Origin: a virus
Taxonomy: Duplodnaviria > Caudoviricetes
IMG/VR virus record: IMGVR_UViG_3300025635_000008
Span: 1-38,967 of that record
Reading direction: 5' to 3' (one strand)
Length of the DNA: 38,967 nucleotides
How positions within the stretch are numbered: the first letter of the stretch is position 1; each line of letters starts with the position of its first letter. Made by a program: the position numbers and the translations under genes. Shown here piece by piece: positions 26,053-34,390 of the stretch. The notes under the pieces were generated by a model, which ran no database searches, was not told the origin of the DNA, and saw only the letters and a list, made by a program, of their open reading frames with translations.

Positions 26053-26331
26053 CTACCTTCTAATGGTCACGCAAGACCCGCTAACTGCATAAATTTCCTG
26101 ATTATATCGCCATCCAAAAGAATTGTATGTTCCTGAACTAATCAAAAATATCTGCTTATCTTTAACATCTGATAAGTTTGGCGTGGAAACAAATACAATG
26201 TTCTCCTGATCTTGAACTGTGTTTTCTAAATTTGAAAACTCGTCCTGAGTATTCCTAGGATCAATATAATCAGTATGAATACGAGTAAATCCAAATAAAG
26301 GCAAAACTAAAAATATCCATATCTTTCTCAC
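26053..26331 (-). CDS. Small tail-associated protein with a hydrophobic leader
   Basis: MRKIWIFLVLPLFGF; coupled to the nozzle gene. Confidence 0.6.
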   Translation of the reverse strand: MRKIWIFLVLPLFGFTRIHTDYIDPRNTQDEFSNLENTVQDQENIVFVSTPNLSDVKDKQIFLISSGTYNSFGWRYNQEIYAVSGSCVTIRR

Positions 26332-28667
26332 TTCGGCTCCAATATCGCTGTAGGACTATAAAGAACAGATAAATTGTTAATAACAAATGGTTGATCCAAA
26401 AGAGAATGAGAAAGTCTTATCCTTAAAGTCTTTGCAGGAGCTGTCACACCCTTAATAGAATTTAATGATCTGCCGGAACCAATCAAAGGTATGCTCTTAT
26501 TTGAGAATGAACCAAAATCTATGGAACTTCCAACATTTAGAGTTAAAGCGGACCCCTTATCTGCATCCAATAAATAGGACTGAATATTCTTTGATGTGAA
26601 ATTGCTTCCTAGTATCATGTCAGGAGTTTCATATATAAATGGAATAGCGGCTCCATCGAAGTTCGTCCCATAATCCAATCTATAGACTGATCCAGTACTT
26701 GAAGATCCGCCATAAAGAACATTCCCATCCTTTGCAAAAGATCGGATATTTATCCCCTCAATAGGCATAAAAGCATTAGGGTTTTCATTCGTAACCTTTG
26801 ACTTAACATAAATAAGACTAAATATATTCCCGCCATCAGTAGAAGTCGCAAGCCAATACCTGTTTTTCCAGTCTATGCCAAAAGCTCTACTAAAAGAACC
26901 TGCTCCTTCAACGTGATTTATAGTTAAATAGTCAATGTTAGAAACGCTTTGAGTCATAGAAGATACGGACGTTATTGTGGTAGTCCATTGAATATAATTA
27001 TTTATTATAGGAGCATTGATTATGGCCCCTGGGCCAATAGCATTCCATGTCTGAGTTGCAATATTAACTGCACTAGTTGATGTTCGATAAAAATAAGATA
27101 TTTCACCACCATTTGTACTATTTAAAGAATCCAGACTAGACCATGAAGTAATATTTGATGAAACTGTTGTTATTTCAGAAATAAATGATCCCGTAGTCGT
27201 TGGCTTAAAGAACCAATTTCCTAAATCTTCCTGTAAAGAAGCGGCTCTCCCACATGAAATTACATCACCTATATTTTTTAATGCCCACCTGAATCCTAAA
27301 CTTCCACCATCAACAACAAAATGATCAAATAATATCTTTGCTTCATAAGGTTTTACACTTTCCAAATCTATAATAGCCTCTTCCCCTGTATAGAAATTTT
27401 TAATACTCATATTGATTGCTGTCCCGTTACAAGGCAAAGCTAAATCACTAATAAACATTTTATCTCCTGGAGCAAACACATCATCCGTCGGAATATAATC
27501 AGGAGGAGTAACGGCAATACGAATATAAGTCGAAGCATCATTTGTTATGCTTGTAGATGGGGTGGATGGATAAACTGAGCTAAGTACAGCTGAAAATGGT
27601 TGAGATGCTCCACCTTGGAATTTTCTGACATTATTGAAGAACTTCCCCTTACTTAGAGGCTTTAAAAATCCAGATGCTGTCGCAGTCGTCCCAAATAATT
27701 GACCTTTTGTAAAATCTGATTGTGTGTCCCAAATATTTTGCACATTCTTCTGAACTCCTCGGCTAATATTCTCAATATCATCTTCAATTAAATCAGATAT
27801 CCTTTGCTCATCCTTGTATATCCCGTCATAACTTAAATAATATGTACTGTCATCAAGATTAACAACAGAATCATTTGAAATCACGCCAACGGAATTAGAT
27901 ATATCTTTACGAGCGAAATAGTTAGAAACATTCGTTCCATAGATCGTGTACTTTGACCGTTCTTTTCCTGCCTTCAATTGACCATTTCTAACCCATAATG
28001 CTGTCCCAATCTCACCGTCTCCTTGACCTATTTTCAATGAATTAGTTACAGGCCAAGCTCTTGAATCAGTAGGATCAATAATTACAGCATCTGTGGTAAC
28101 AACTGAACTGAACGCTAGTTCTGAAGCGAGTGAAGGGTTGTTAAATCCCCATACACGCTCCTGCCAATATTGTGCATACTTGAACTTTGGGACATTTGGA
28201 GTATTATCATTCCCATTAAGAATAGATCTATTTATCCCGTCCCATGTCTTAACAAAATCCAATCCATTATATCCCCACATTTTGTTCCTAACCTGAATCC
28301 AATTTAATGGGCTTCCAGTATTTGAGTTTGAACTTACTAAAACCCATGTTTGAAAATCAGATGTTTCAAGTGTAACGCTTGAATCTGTAACTAAAAAAGT
28401 TGTATTCCCATTTTCACGCCTAAATGGAAAAATTCCAGTAACCTTACTTAGTGTTAAAGTTGTGCCAACTGTCTGATATCCATTTATGCCTTCAATTCTG
28501 CCTTGATCAATAAATACATTCCTCATATAAGGAGAGTATTTTGAGCTTATCCTCCATGTCGGGTCCGCCGTATTCAATCCTCCCAACGGAGTCTGAATCT
28601 CTTCTACTGCTAGAGGATCAGCATGAGCCGTACCGACAAGGAATAGAAGAAGCAATAGTTTTTTCAT
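26328..28667 (-). CDS. Tail nozzle / DNA stabilisation protein (P22 gp10 / T7 gp12-like) with a signal peptide
   Basis: GGLNT...SPYMRNV start, beta-propeller-like body, YETPD near the C-terminus, synteny; leader MKKLLLLLFLVGTAHA-DP. Confidence 0.75.
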   Translation of the reverse strand: MKKLLLLLFLVGTAHADPLAVEEIQTPLGGLNTADPTWRISSKYSPYMRNVFIDQGRIEGINGYQTVGTTLTLSKVTGIFPFRRENGNTTFLVTDSSVTLETSDFQTWVLVSSNSNTGSPLNWIQVRNKMWGYNGLDFVKTWDGINRSILNGNDNTPNVPKFKYAQYWQERVWGFNNPSLASELAFSSVVTTDAVIIDPTDSRAWPVTNSLKIGQGDGEIGTALWVRNGQLKAGKERSKYTIYGTNVSNYFARKDISNSVGVISNDSVVNLDDSTYYLSYDGIYKDEQRISDLIEDDIENISRGVQKNVQNIWDTQSDFTKGQLFGTTATASGFLKPLSKGKFFNNVRKFQGGASQPFSAVLSSVYPSTPSTSITNDASTYIRIAVTPPDYIPTDDVFAPGDKMFISDLALPCNGTAINMSIKNFYTGEEAIIDLESVKPYEAKILFDHFVVDGGSLGFRWALKNIGDVISCGRAASLQEDLGNWFFKPTTTGSFISEITTVSSNITSWSSLDSLNSTNGGEISYFYRTSTSAVNIATQTWNAIGPGAIINAPIINNYIQWTTTITSVSSMTQSVSNIDYLTINHVEGAGSFSRAFGIDWKNRYWLATSTDGGNIFSLIYVKSKVTNENPNAFMPIEGINIRSFAKDGNVLYGGSSSTGSVYRLDYGTNFDGAAIPFIYETPDMILGSNFTSKNIQSYLLDADKGSALTLNVGSSIDFGSFSNKSIPLIGSGRSLNSIKGVTAPAKTLRIRLSHSLLDQPFVINNLSVLYSPTAILEPK

Positions 28668-28930
28668 TAGTGAGACAAATCGTAAAATTGACGCAAACGG
28701 AAATGACTCATTCCCCCATAGGGGGTTGTCCCGTACGTGCTATCTACTCCTCCGTATATATCATCCACGCCATAAGCTGATTCAGCAGTATTATCTCCAC
28801 CCCAAACATTCGTCCCCTTATTGAAAGCTTTTTTAGAAAAAGAATTAGAACAAGTATTAAAGGACTGGTCAGTAAATCCTGTCCCTTTGTTAAAATTCTT
28901 CTTAGAAAACTGATTAGATGATATTTTCAA
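28667..28930 (-). CDS. Small virion-associated protein with an internal repeat
   Basis: SNxFSKKxFNKGT twice and YG repeats. Confidence 0.55.
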   Translation of the reverse strand: MKISSNQFSKKNFNKGTGFTDQSFNTCSNSFSKKAFNKGTNVWGGDNTAESAYGVDDIYGGVDSTYGTTPYGGMSHFRLRQFYDLSH

Positions 28931-29640
28931 AACGAAAACCTCAATCCGCTGCCATTATCGTCGTTTGGATCAAAACCGCCACCCCAAGAAAAACCAAAAG
29001 AATTAGTTTCCTTTATAATTAACGGCTCCAATTTCTTAGCCTTATCCATCATTTGAGATAGGATTGCCGTGGCTAATTCTGGTTTATTTAATTTTGAAAG
29101 ACAGCACATATAGTGTCCATAATCAGCCAATAAATCATGGTAAACAATAGGCAAATCGGGAGTGTCCGAGTCATTTGTAAGGATTGCGGGCTGATAAACA
29201 TATCCAATATGGAGTTTCTTTCCACTAGCACCTTCCGCAGCGTTGGGTCTAGGAGAAATTAAAACAGTAACTCGGTCAATCAGCACAATCCTAGTTGGTC
29301 GCCCTTGAGAATTAGTAGTTTCATCCATCCAATTAGGATTAGCCTCTTTCAATGCCTCTTCGGTCGTGATTGTCAATGGTCGAACATCACCATTGATTGA
29401 GACATCTCCGAAATAGGCTGTATTAAGGAGAATTGTGTCATTTGGCAGGGTATATGCCGGATAATCCTGTTGAACTTGTATCTCAACATGGTCAATAGGC
29501 TTCTTAACCAATGCGCCCAAGAATCTTTGGCCCTCATTTACAAATCCAGTAAGCTCCTGATCGGTAAAATCAGTATTAGTCGTATCAGTTTGTGATATTT
29601 TTACTCTAATCAGGCTCTTTATCTGGCCTAGGTTTGACAT
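28927..29640 (-). CDS. Head-tail adaptor (tail tubular protein A-like)
   Basis: FTDQELTGFVNEGQR, YTLPND, GRP, DTPDLPIVYHDLL. Confidence 0.75.
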   Translation of the reverse strand: MSNLGQIKSLIRVKISQTDTTNTDFTDQELTGFVNEGQRFLGALVKKPIDHVEIQVQQDYPAYTLPNDTILLNTAYFGDVSINGDVRPLTITTEEALKEANPNWMDETTNSQGRPTRIVLIDRVTVLISPRPNAAEGASGKKLHIGYVYQPAILTNDSDTPDLPIVYHDLLADYGHYMCCLSKLNKPELATAILSQMMDKAKKLEPLIIKETNSFGFSWGGGFDPNDDNGSGLRFSF

Positions 29641-30014
29641 TAGGCCACCGCCTCCAACTCCTTCAATTCATTCTTTAACCTTTTCTTATCCGCCTCTTCT
29701 AAATGACGTTCAAATTCCTTATATTTGGCATGAGCTTTAGAATAAAGGACAAGCGCATCTGCCCTTTTACGCTGTTCAAACTCCATAGCGTCAGCCTTAA
29801 TCTTCTCCATAGCTGAAACTGTCTGATTCAAAAGTTCCTCGGCCTTACGATTCTTTTCCTCCAACTCAAGATTAGCCGCTTTAAGTTGTCCCCTTTGTGT
29901 TTTCCACATATTGACGGAAAGATGTCCGCTCTCAAACATCTTATTGAAGTCGTCCATAAACTCCTTAAATTTCCTAATCTTTAAATCCATCGTTTGCATT
30001 GTGATTTCTTCCAT
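29640..30014 (-). CDS. Coiled-coil hypothetical protein
   Basis: K/E-rich heptads; AAGGAG SD. Confidence 0.65.
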   Translation of the reverse strand: MEEITMQTMDLKIRKFKEFMDDFNKMFESGHLSVNMWKTQRGQLKAANLELEEKNRKAEELLNQTVSAMEKIKADAMEFEQRKRADALVLYSKAHAKYKEFERHLEEADKKRLKNELKELEAVA

Positions 30015-30025
30015 ATTTTCTCCTT

Positions 30026-30310
30026 TTAAGACTGATATTGAGGCCAGCGTTCCTGAATCTTCCCATTATCTCCACGGCGGCCTACATAATATCCGCCGTC
30101 AGGTTTACTGTAAGGTAGAATGACTCGCCTTTCCATCTCGTTCAACTGTCTTTCAGTCGCCCAAGTCTTTCCAATTTTTACTTTTTTGTTTAACAAAACG
30201 CCATGAACATTATGCTCCTGATAGGATCGGCAATTTGAACATAACCAAAGACCCTTCTCACATCGAAGCTTGTAATGTTTGTCTGTCTTGCAGTTATCGC
30301 AAATCAACAT
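30026..30310 (-). CDS. Zn-ribbon protein
   Basis: CDNC...CSNC. Confidence 0.6.
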   Translation of the reverse strand: MLICDNCKTDKHYKLRCEKGLWLCSNCRSYQEHNVHGVLLNKKVKIGKTWATERQLNEMERRVILPYSKPDGGYYVGRRGDNGKIQERWPQYQS

Positions 30311-30339
30311 AAAATCGTGAGGGGCTTTTCACCCCTCCC
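30311..30339 (-). terminator. Probable intrinsic terminator after the capsid genes
   Basis: gagggg-tgaaaag-cccctc followed by a short T run. Confidence 0.55.
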
Positions 30340-30346
30340 GAAACCT

Positions 30347-30814
30347 TTAACGCTCTTGGTTATAAAGAGTCATAATGCTATTGTAACCACCAACACTTGG
30401 ACGGGTAATCAAGCCTTCACTAAACCGAATAGGTTTAGGGGGACCAGAAAAACCTGCCGCAAACTGAGAAGTTCCAGCAGAGGAGATTTGCACGTTATAC
30501 AAACGCATAATCGCTCCCTGGAGCTTGCCAGTATCCGCACTAGTGCTGTCAAACACATCAACAAAGTCAACGGTGTTACCAGAGCTGAAAAAAACTCCGT
30601 AAAACACTCCGCGACAAGTGAAGTTTGCAGAATTAATGCAAGCGGTCGAAAAAGAACCCGCCAATGGGAAGTTGTTGGTCGAATAAGTAACGCCGCCATA
30701 ATCAGCCGTAGCTAACGCTCGGTCAGGGCCAACGGGAATGTCCCGAAGGGAACCTGCATGAGAAACAAGCGTCATAGAGAGCATAACCAAGGCGGTCAAA
30801 AGAAACTTCTTCAT
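30347..30814 (-). CDS. Putative capsid decoration protein with a signal peptide
   Basis: AAGGAGG SD before ATG 30814; leader MKKFLLTALVMLSMTLVSHA; directly after the capsid gene. Confidence 0.7.
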   Translation of the reverse strand: MKKFLLTALVMLSMTLVSHAGSLRDIPVGPDRALATADYGGVTYSTNNFPLAGSFSTACINSANFTCRGVFYGVFFSSGNTVDFVDVFDSTSADTGKLQGAIMRLYNVQISSAGTSQFAAGFSGPPKPIRFSEGLITRPSVGGYNSIMTLYNQER

Positions 30815-30827
30815 TTTACGCCTCCTT

Positions 30828-31691
30828 TTATGCAGCACTATTTGCAACTACGAAATGATCAGAACGAATCACCGACAGACCATAAAGGCTCTGCGCGTTG
30901 AAAATCGTTCCCAGAACAAGTCCAGCCAATCCGTCCGCTTTCTTGATTTCCGCGTCTTTCTGCCATGCAATCGCAATCGCACTCTTGTGAACCAAGAGGT
31001 TCTTGTAAACTGCAGGAGATCCGACACGAACAATGTTAGTGGACTGATAAACAGGAACGCCAAACAACGGGAACTGATATCCCGTAGTCAAGACGTTTTT
31101 ATTTTGGCCTGAATCTTGCGCCGCTGTCAGCTGTCCTTCGTTAGTCAATCCCTTGAGATACGCCCTGGGATGAATAATCCAGGACAAGTCTTCCAAAGGA
31201 ACATTTGCATTAGCGAGATCCAACATAGCCTCTTGGAATAGAGCTTTGCTAAATTCCTCAGGATTGTTAGGATCGCCAACGGTATTACCAGCCGCCACGC
31301 CCGTATAAAGCGCAGCCAACTGAGCATCGTAACGAGAACCAAAGGCTTCACCAACTTTCCTAGGGAAGATCGAATCGGGAGTCCAAAAAGACTGAGCAAC
31401 GGCTCTGTCCAACTCCACGATCGTAATTTGTTCCCATTGGTTCAATGTGATCGGAACAGAAGTAGGAGTATAGTTCTGCGCGGCAACAACGCCAGCAGCA
31501 GAAACTGTCCCAACGGTATACTTCTGGTCAACGGTCACATTGATAATGTCACCCTTTTTCTGAGCGAGACCTGATTTATTAGAAACGCGATTGCCAATAA
31601 CCATCTTGGCATAACGTGCCTCTTCAACCTTCTCGTCCCAAAGTTCTCTAACAGTAGCGTTTAAGGCTGTATTATCGAATTCATTTGCCAT
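30828..31691 (-). CDS. Major capsid protein (HK97 fold)
   Basis: ELWDEKV, KKGDIINV, ITLNQW, IIHP, LFGVPVYQS, HKSAIAIA, SLYG; follows the scaffold gene. Confidence 0.88.
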   Translation of the reverse strand: MANEFDNTALNATVRELWDEKVEEARYAKMVIGNRVSNKSGLAQKKGDIINVTVDQKYTVGTVSAAGVVAAQNYTPTSVPITLNQWEQITIVELDRAVAQSFWTPDSIFPRKVGEAFGSRYDAQLAALYTGVAAGNTVGDPNNPEEFSKALFQEAMLDLANANVPLEDLSWIIHPRAYLKGLTNEGQLTAAQDSGQNKNVLTTGYQFPLFGVPVYQSTNIVRVGSPAVYKNLLVHKSAIAIAWQKDAEIKKADGLAGLVLGTIFNAQSLYGLSVIRSDHFVVANSAA

Positions 31692-31719
31692 AAAATTTCC
31701 TTAACTTATTGCTATTCCC

Positions 31720-32583
31720 TTATTCTTTTGCAAGCGAGTCCATTTGCCTCATAAGAGATTCTCTGCGCTCTTTGTGTTTAGCATCGAAACGCAAAGCAGG
31801 ATTCCTATCAATCTCTGCTGTAAGCTTTTTATAATCGGACATCAGATTTTCAAAAGACACTTTACCTGCGCCTGGATTTCCTCTCGCCGTGGAACCCATC
31901 AATGCTTTAGGAATCACATTGGGACTCGACTGAGGTTTGATTTTGTTAATTTTCTCCAAAAGGAACTCTGCGGCTGCTTTTGGATCAATTGACGAAAACC
32001 TATCCAAACTTGGATTCTCTCTCAATACTTGCTGAATTAAATCAGCACGTTCTTGATTTTTAATCCTTTCTTCAAGCGTTTCTTTTGAATCTGGGCTTGA
32101 TTTTGGGAATAACACTTCCAACGCCTCTCGCTCTAATTTCGTACGCTCAGCGTTCACTTCTTTGGACTTTAACTGATTAAGTTCTTCTTTAAGAGAGTTA
32201 AACTCTTGTAAGAGTCTTTGCTCTCTCGATTGAAAAACTTTCTCAGGGTCATTTAAAAGTTCTTCCGCTGTGAGTTTCTGAATATTTGAAACATCAGGCT
32301 TAGGATTCTTAAGTTCCTGATATAGCCGACGCATTTCCGCAAGTTCTTGAGCTTGTCTTTGAGAATTTTCTTCAATCCTTCGGACACGCTCTCTTTCCTT
32401 GTAGAAACTTGACACCTTCGGCCTCTGTGTTTCAACTGCTTGAGGTGGGTTGACATTCGCCTCGACCTGGGGAACGACGGACGATTGAGTCTCAGCGGGG
32501 GCTTGCGCCTGTGGCTGAGAATCCTGCGGCGCGATTTCATTCGCGTTACCCACTTCCGTAGGGGCAGTTAGTATTTCTTCCAT
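31720..32583 (-). CDS. Capsid scaffolding protein
   Basis: Disordered P/Q/E-rich N-terminus and coiled coil, directly upstream of the capsid gene. Confidence 0.7.
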   Translation of the reverse strand: MEEILTAPTEVGNANEIAPQDSQPQAQAPAETQSSVVPQVEANVNPPQAVETQRPKVSSFYKERERVRRIEENSQRQAQELAEMRRLYQELKNPKPDVSNIQKLTAEELLNDPEKVFQSREQRLLQEFNSLKEELNQLKSKEVNAERTKLEREALEVLFPKSSPDSKETLEERIKNQERADLIQQVLRENPSLDRFSSIDPKAAAEFLLEKINKIKPQSSPNVIPKALMGSTARGNPGAGKVSFENLMSDYKKLTAEIDRNPALRFDAKHKERRESLMRQMDSLAKE

Positions 32584-32585
32584 GA

Positions 32586-33359
32586 TTACTCCTTTGAGCC
32601 TATTAGGGCCTCGTTCCCGTTAAGAACAGGAACGGTATTTTTTCCAAATTTGAATAAAACATTTTCTGTTTTCTGATGCTTCTTAAAATTAGGGATATCA
32701 TGAACCGTATACTCATAATTGCCGATATGTCCCAAAATAATAGTCGTATCAGCGTAAATCTCATATCCTAATTGCATTGCGTTCCTGCAAAAAAACCAAT
32801 CTTCGGAAGTATCATTCCATTGACCAGTAAAAACGTCTCTCTGCTGGAAATAACTCCAATATTTATAGTCTCCATGAACACAATCATGAATACCGATTGA
32901 TTCCGAATTTGCTTTCATCTTTTCAAATACTTCTCTTCTGATAGCCATGCAACCTGTAGAAAGATTTTTCATCTTAACTATTCCGCCATTCTTACCAAAA
33001 ATAATCTCTCCATTATCTTGAAACGGCTGAGCGGCTAATCCTGGGTTAGATTGACTTTTGGTAGCGTAAATACCGCCTATGATTGGATATTCCTTGTAAC
33101 ATAGCCAAGCTAACTTTGTAGCATCTACACTAGAAATAATAATATCGTCGTCTAAGAAAAGAAGCACATCTGCATCTGTTTTGTCCGTAAAGTAAGTCGC
33201 AACCCGACTTCTCGACCTAGAAATAAGACCGTCTTGATCAACAGAGATTTCGCTAATTTCAGGGTTAGGGCATTTATAGAGCATCCGAAGGTTCTGGTGA
33301 ACCCTCATTCGGATTTCTCTATGCGTGCAAATTCCTAATCCGACCTTGAAATCAGGCAT
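32586..33359 (-). CDS. GT-A fold (family 2-like) glycosyltransferase
   Basis: LLFLDDD, TGCMAIRREVFEK, SEDWFFC, ADTTIILGHIG. Confidence 0.85.
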   Translation of the reverse strand: MPDFKVGLGICTHREIRMRVHQNLRMLYKCPNPEISEISVDQDGLISRSRSRVATYFTDKTDADVLLFLDDDIIISSVDATKLAWLCYKEYPIIGGIYATKSQSNPGLAAQPFQDNGEIIFGKNGGIVKMKNLSTGCMAIRREVFEKMKANSESIGIHDCVHGDYKYWSYFQQRDVFTGQWNDTSEDWFFCRNAMQLGYEIYADTTIILGHIGNYEYTVHDIPNFKKHQKTENVLFKFGKNTVPVLNGNEALIGSKE

Positions 33360-33790
33360 TATCTATTTTGTCCTGAAGATTTAAGACCAGGGCAAGCTCC
33401 AACGTTATTGTTATTGGGGCATCGAATCCAATAGATCAACTTTGAAGGCCCAACCTTATTGATATAGGTATAAGAAGTGTTCAACATATCATAGAGTGGA
33501 ATATAGTTTGTAGTCATTATTGATTGGGCATCTGTGGCAATAGCTATTTGAGTCGTAATGTCCGCAGTGAATGTCGCGGACGTTGACCTAAAAATTGCAA
33601 CATAAGAATTAGCAGAAGCAGAAGATACTGTTATAGCAACAAATTGAATAGGGCCAGAAGAAAACAGTACAGCCCCTCCAGACGCTACTTCCGTATAAGA
33701 TGATCTTGGTATATAATTCCATTCAGGGAGTCCGCTTGCATGAAGAACTCCTCCCATTAAAAAACTTAAAGCAAAAATAATCTTCTTCAT
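33359..33790 (-). CDS. Signal-peptide protein, distant paralog of 30347..30814
   Basis: Leader MKKIIFALSFLMGGVLHA; VSSASANSYVAIFRSTSA versus FSSGNTVDFVDVFDSTSA. Confidence 0.7.
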   Translation of the reverse strand: MKKIIFALSFLMGGVLHASGLPEWNYIPRSSYTEVASGGAVLFSSGPIQFVAITVSSASANSYVAIFRSTSATFTADITTQIAIATDAQSIMTTNYIPLYDMLNTSYTYINKVGPSKLIYWIRCPNNNNVGACPGLKSSGQNR

Positions 33791-34041
33791 TGCATCCCTC
33801 CATGTTTCTTAATCATCTCAGCCATAGGCGAAGGTTCTGACTCTGACTCCATAGGTTCCTGAGTCTCTTCACCATCAAGATAAGACTTCAAATCCATTAA
33901 GTCGGATTTAAGCTGTTCTAAAGTCTGCGGAGTGATAAGTTTAGGGTCGAGGATATAAGAATCAACTGTGGAAATGATTGAATCAATCCCTCCGCCCTCT
34001 GATTCCTGTTCTTCAGTCCCCGTAGGGGTTTGGTTCATCAT
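33787..34041 (-). CDS. Acidic hypothetical protein
   Basis: Coupled ORF in the head operon. Confidence 0.6.
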   Translation of the reverse strand: MMNQTPTGTEEQESEGGGIDSIISTVDSYILDPKLITPQTLEQLKSDLMDLKSYLDGEETQEPMESESEPSPMAEMIKKHGGMQ

Positions 34042-34390
34042 TTTTATTCTCCTTTGGTACTTCTCTTAGTTTTTCAAGTTTAAGTTTAATCTTGTTTTCC
34101 AATTCTAAAAAATGGTCAAATCCAACCAACTTCGCCACTTCTACTTTCGTCTGAATATCATCTACCTTATTGATTGATACGCTTAACTTCATAAATGCTT
34201 CTAACTTAATACGCTCAGACTCTAAATACTTCTTAAATATCTCCCATCCGCCATTCTCATAAGGAATTCCGCATTTATTACAATGAAATTTCCCAGAAAA
34301 CATCTCCTCAACTCTGGCTAAATCAGAAATATCGTTTTTCTCAAAAACAATATTGGGAAGTCCGTTCTTTAGGTTTCTATCAATCTTCAT
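34013..34390 (-). CDS. Hypothetical protein after the portal
   Basis: ATGA coupling; CNKC insert and GWEIFKKYL. Confidence 0.65.
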   Translation of the reverse strand: MKIDRNLKNGLPNIVFEKNDISDLARVEEMFSGKFHCNKCGIPYENGGWEIFKKYLESERIKLEAFMKLSVSINKVDDIQTKVEVAKLVGFDHFLELENKIKLKLEKLREVPKENKNDEPNPYGD

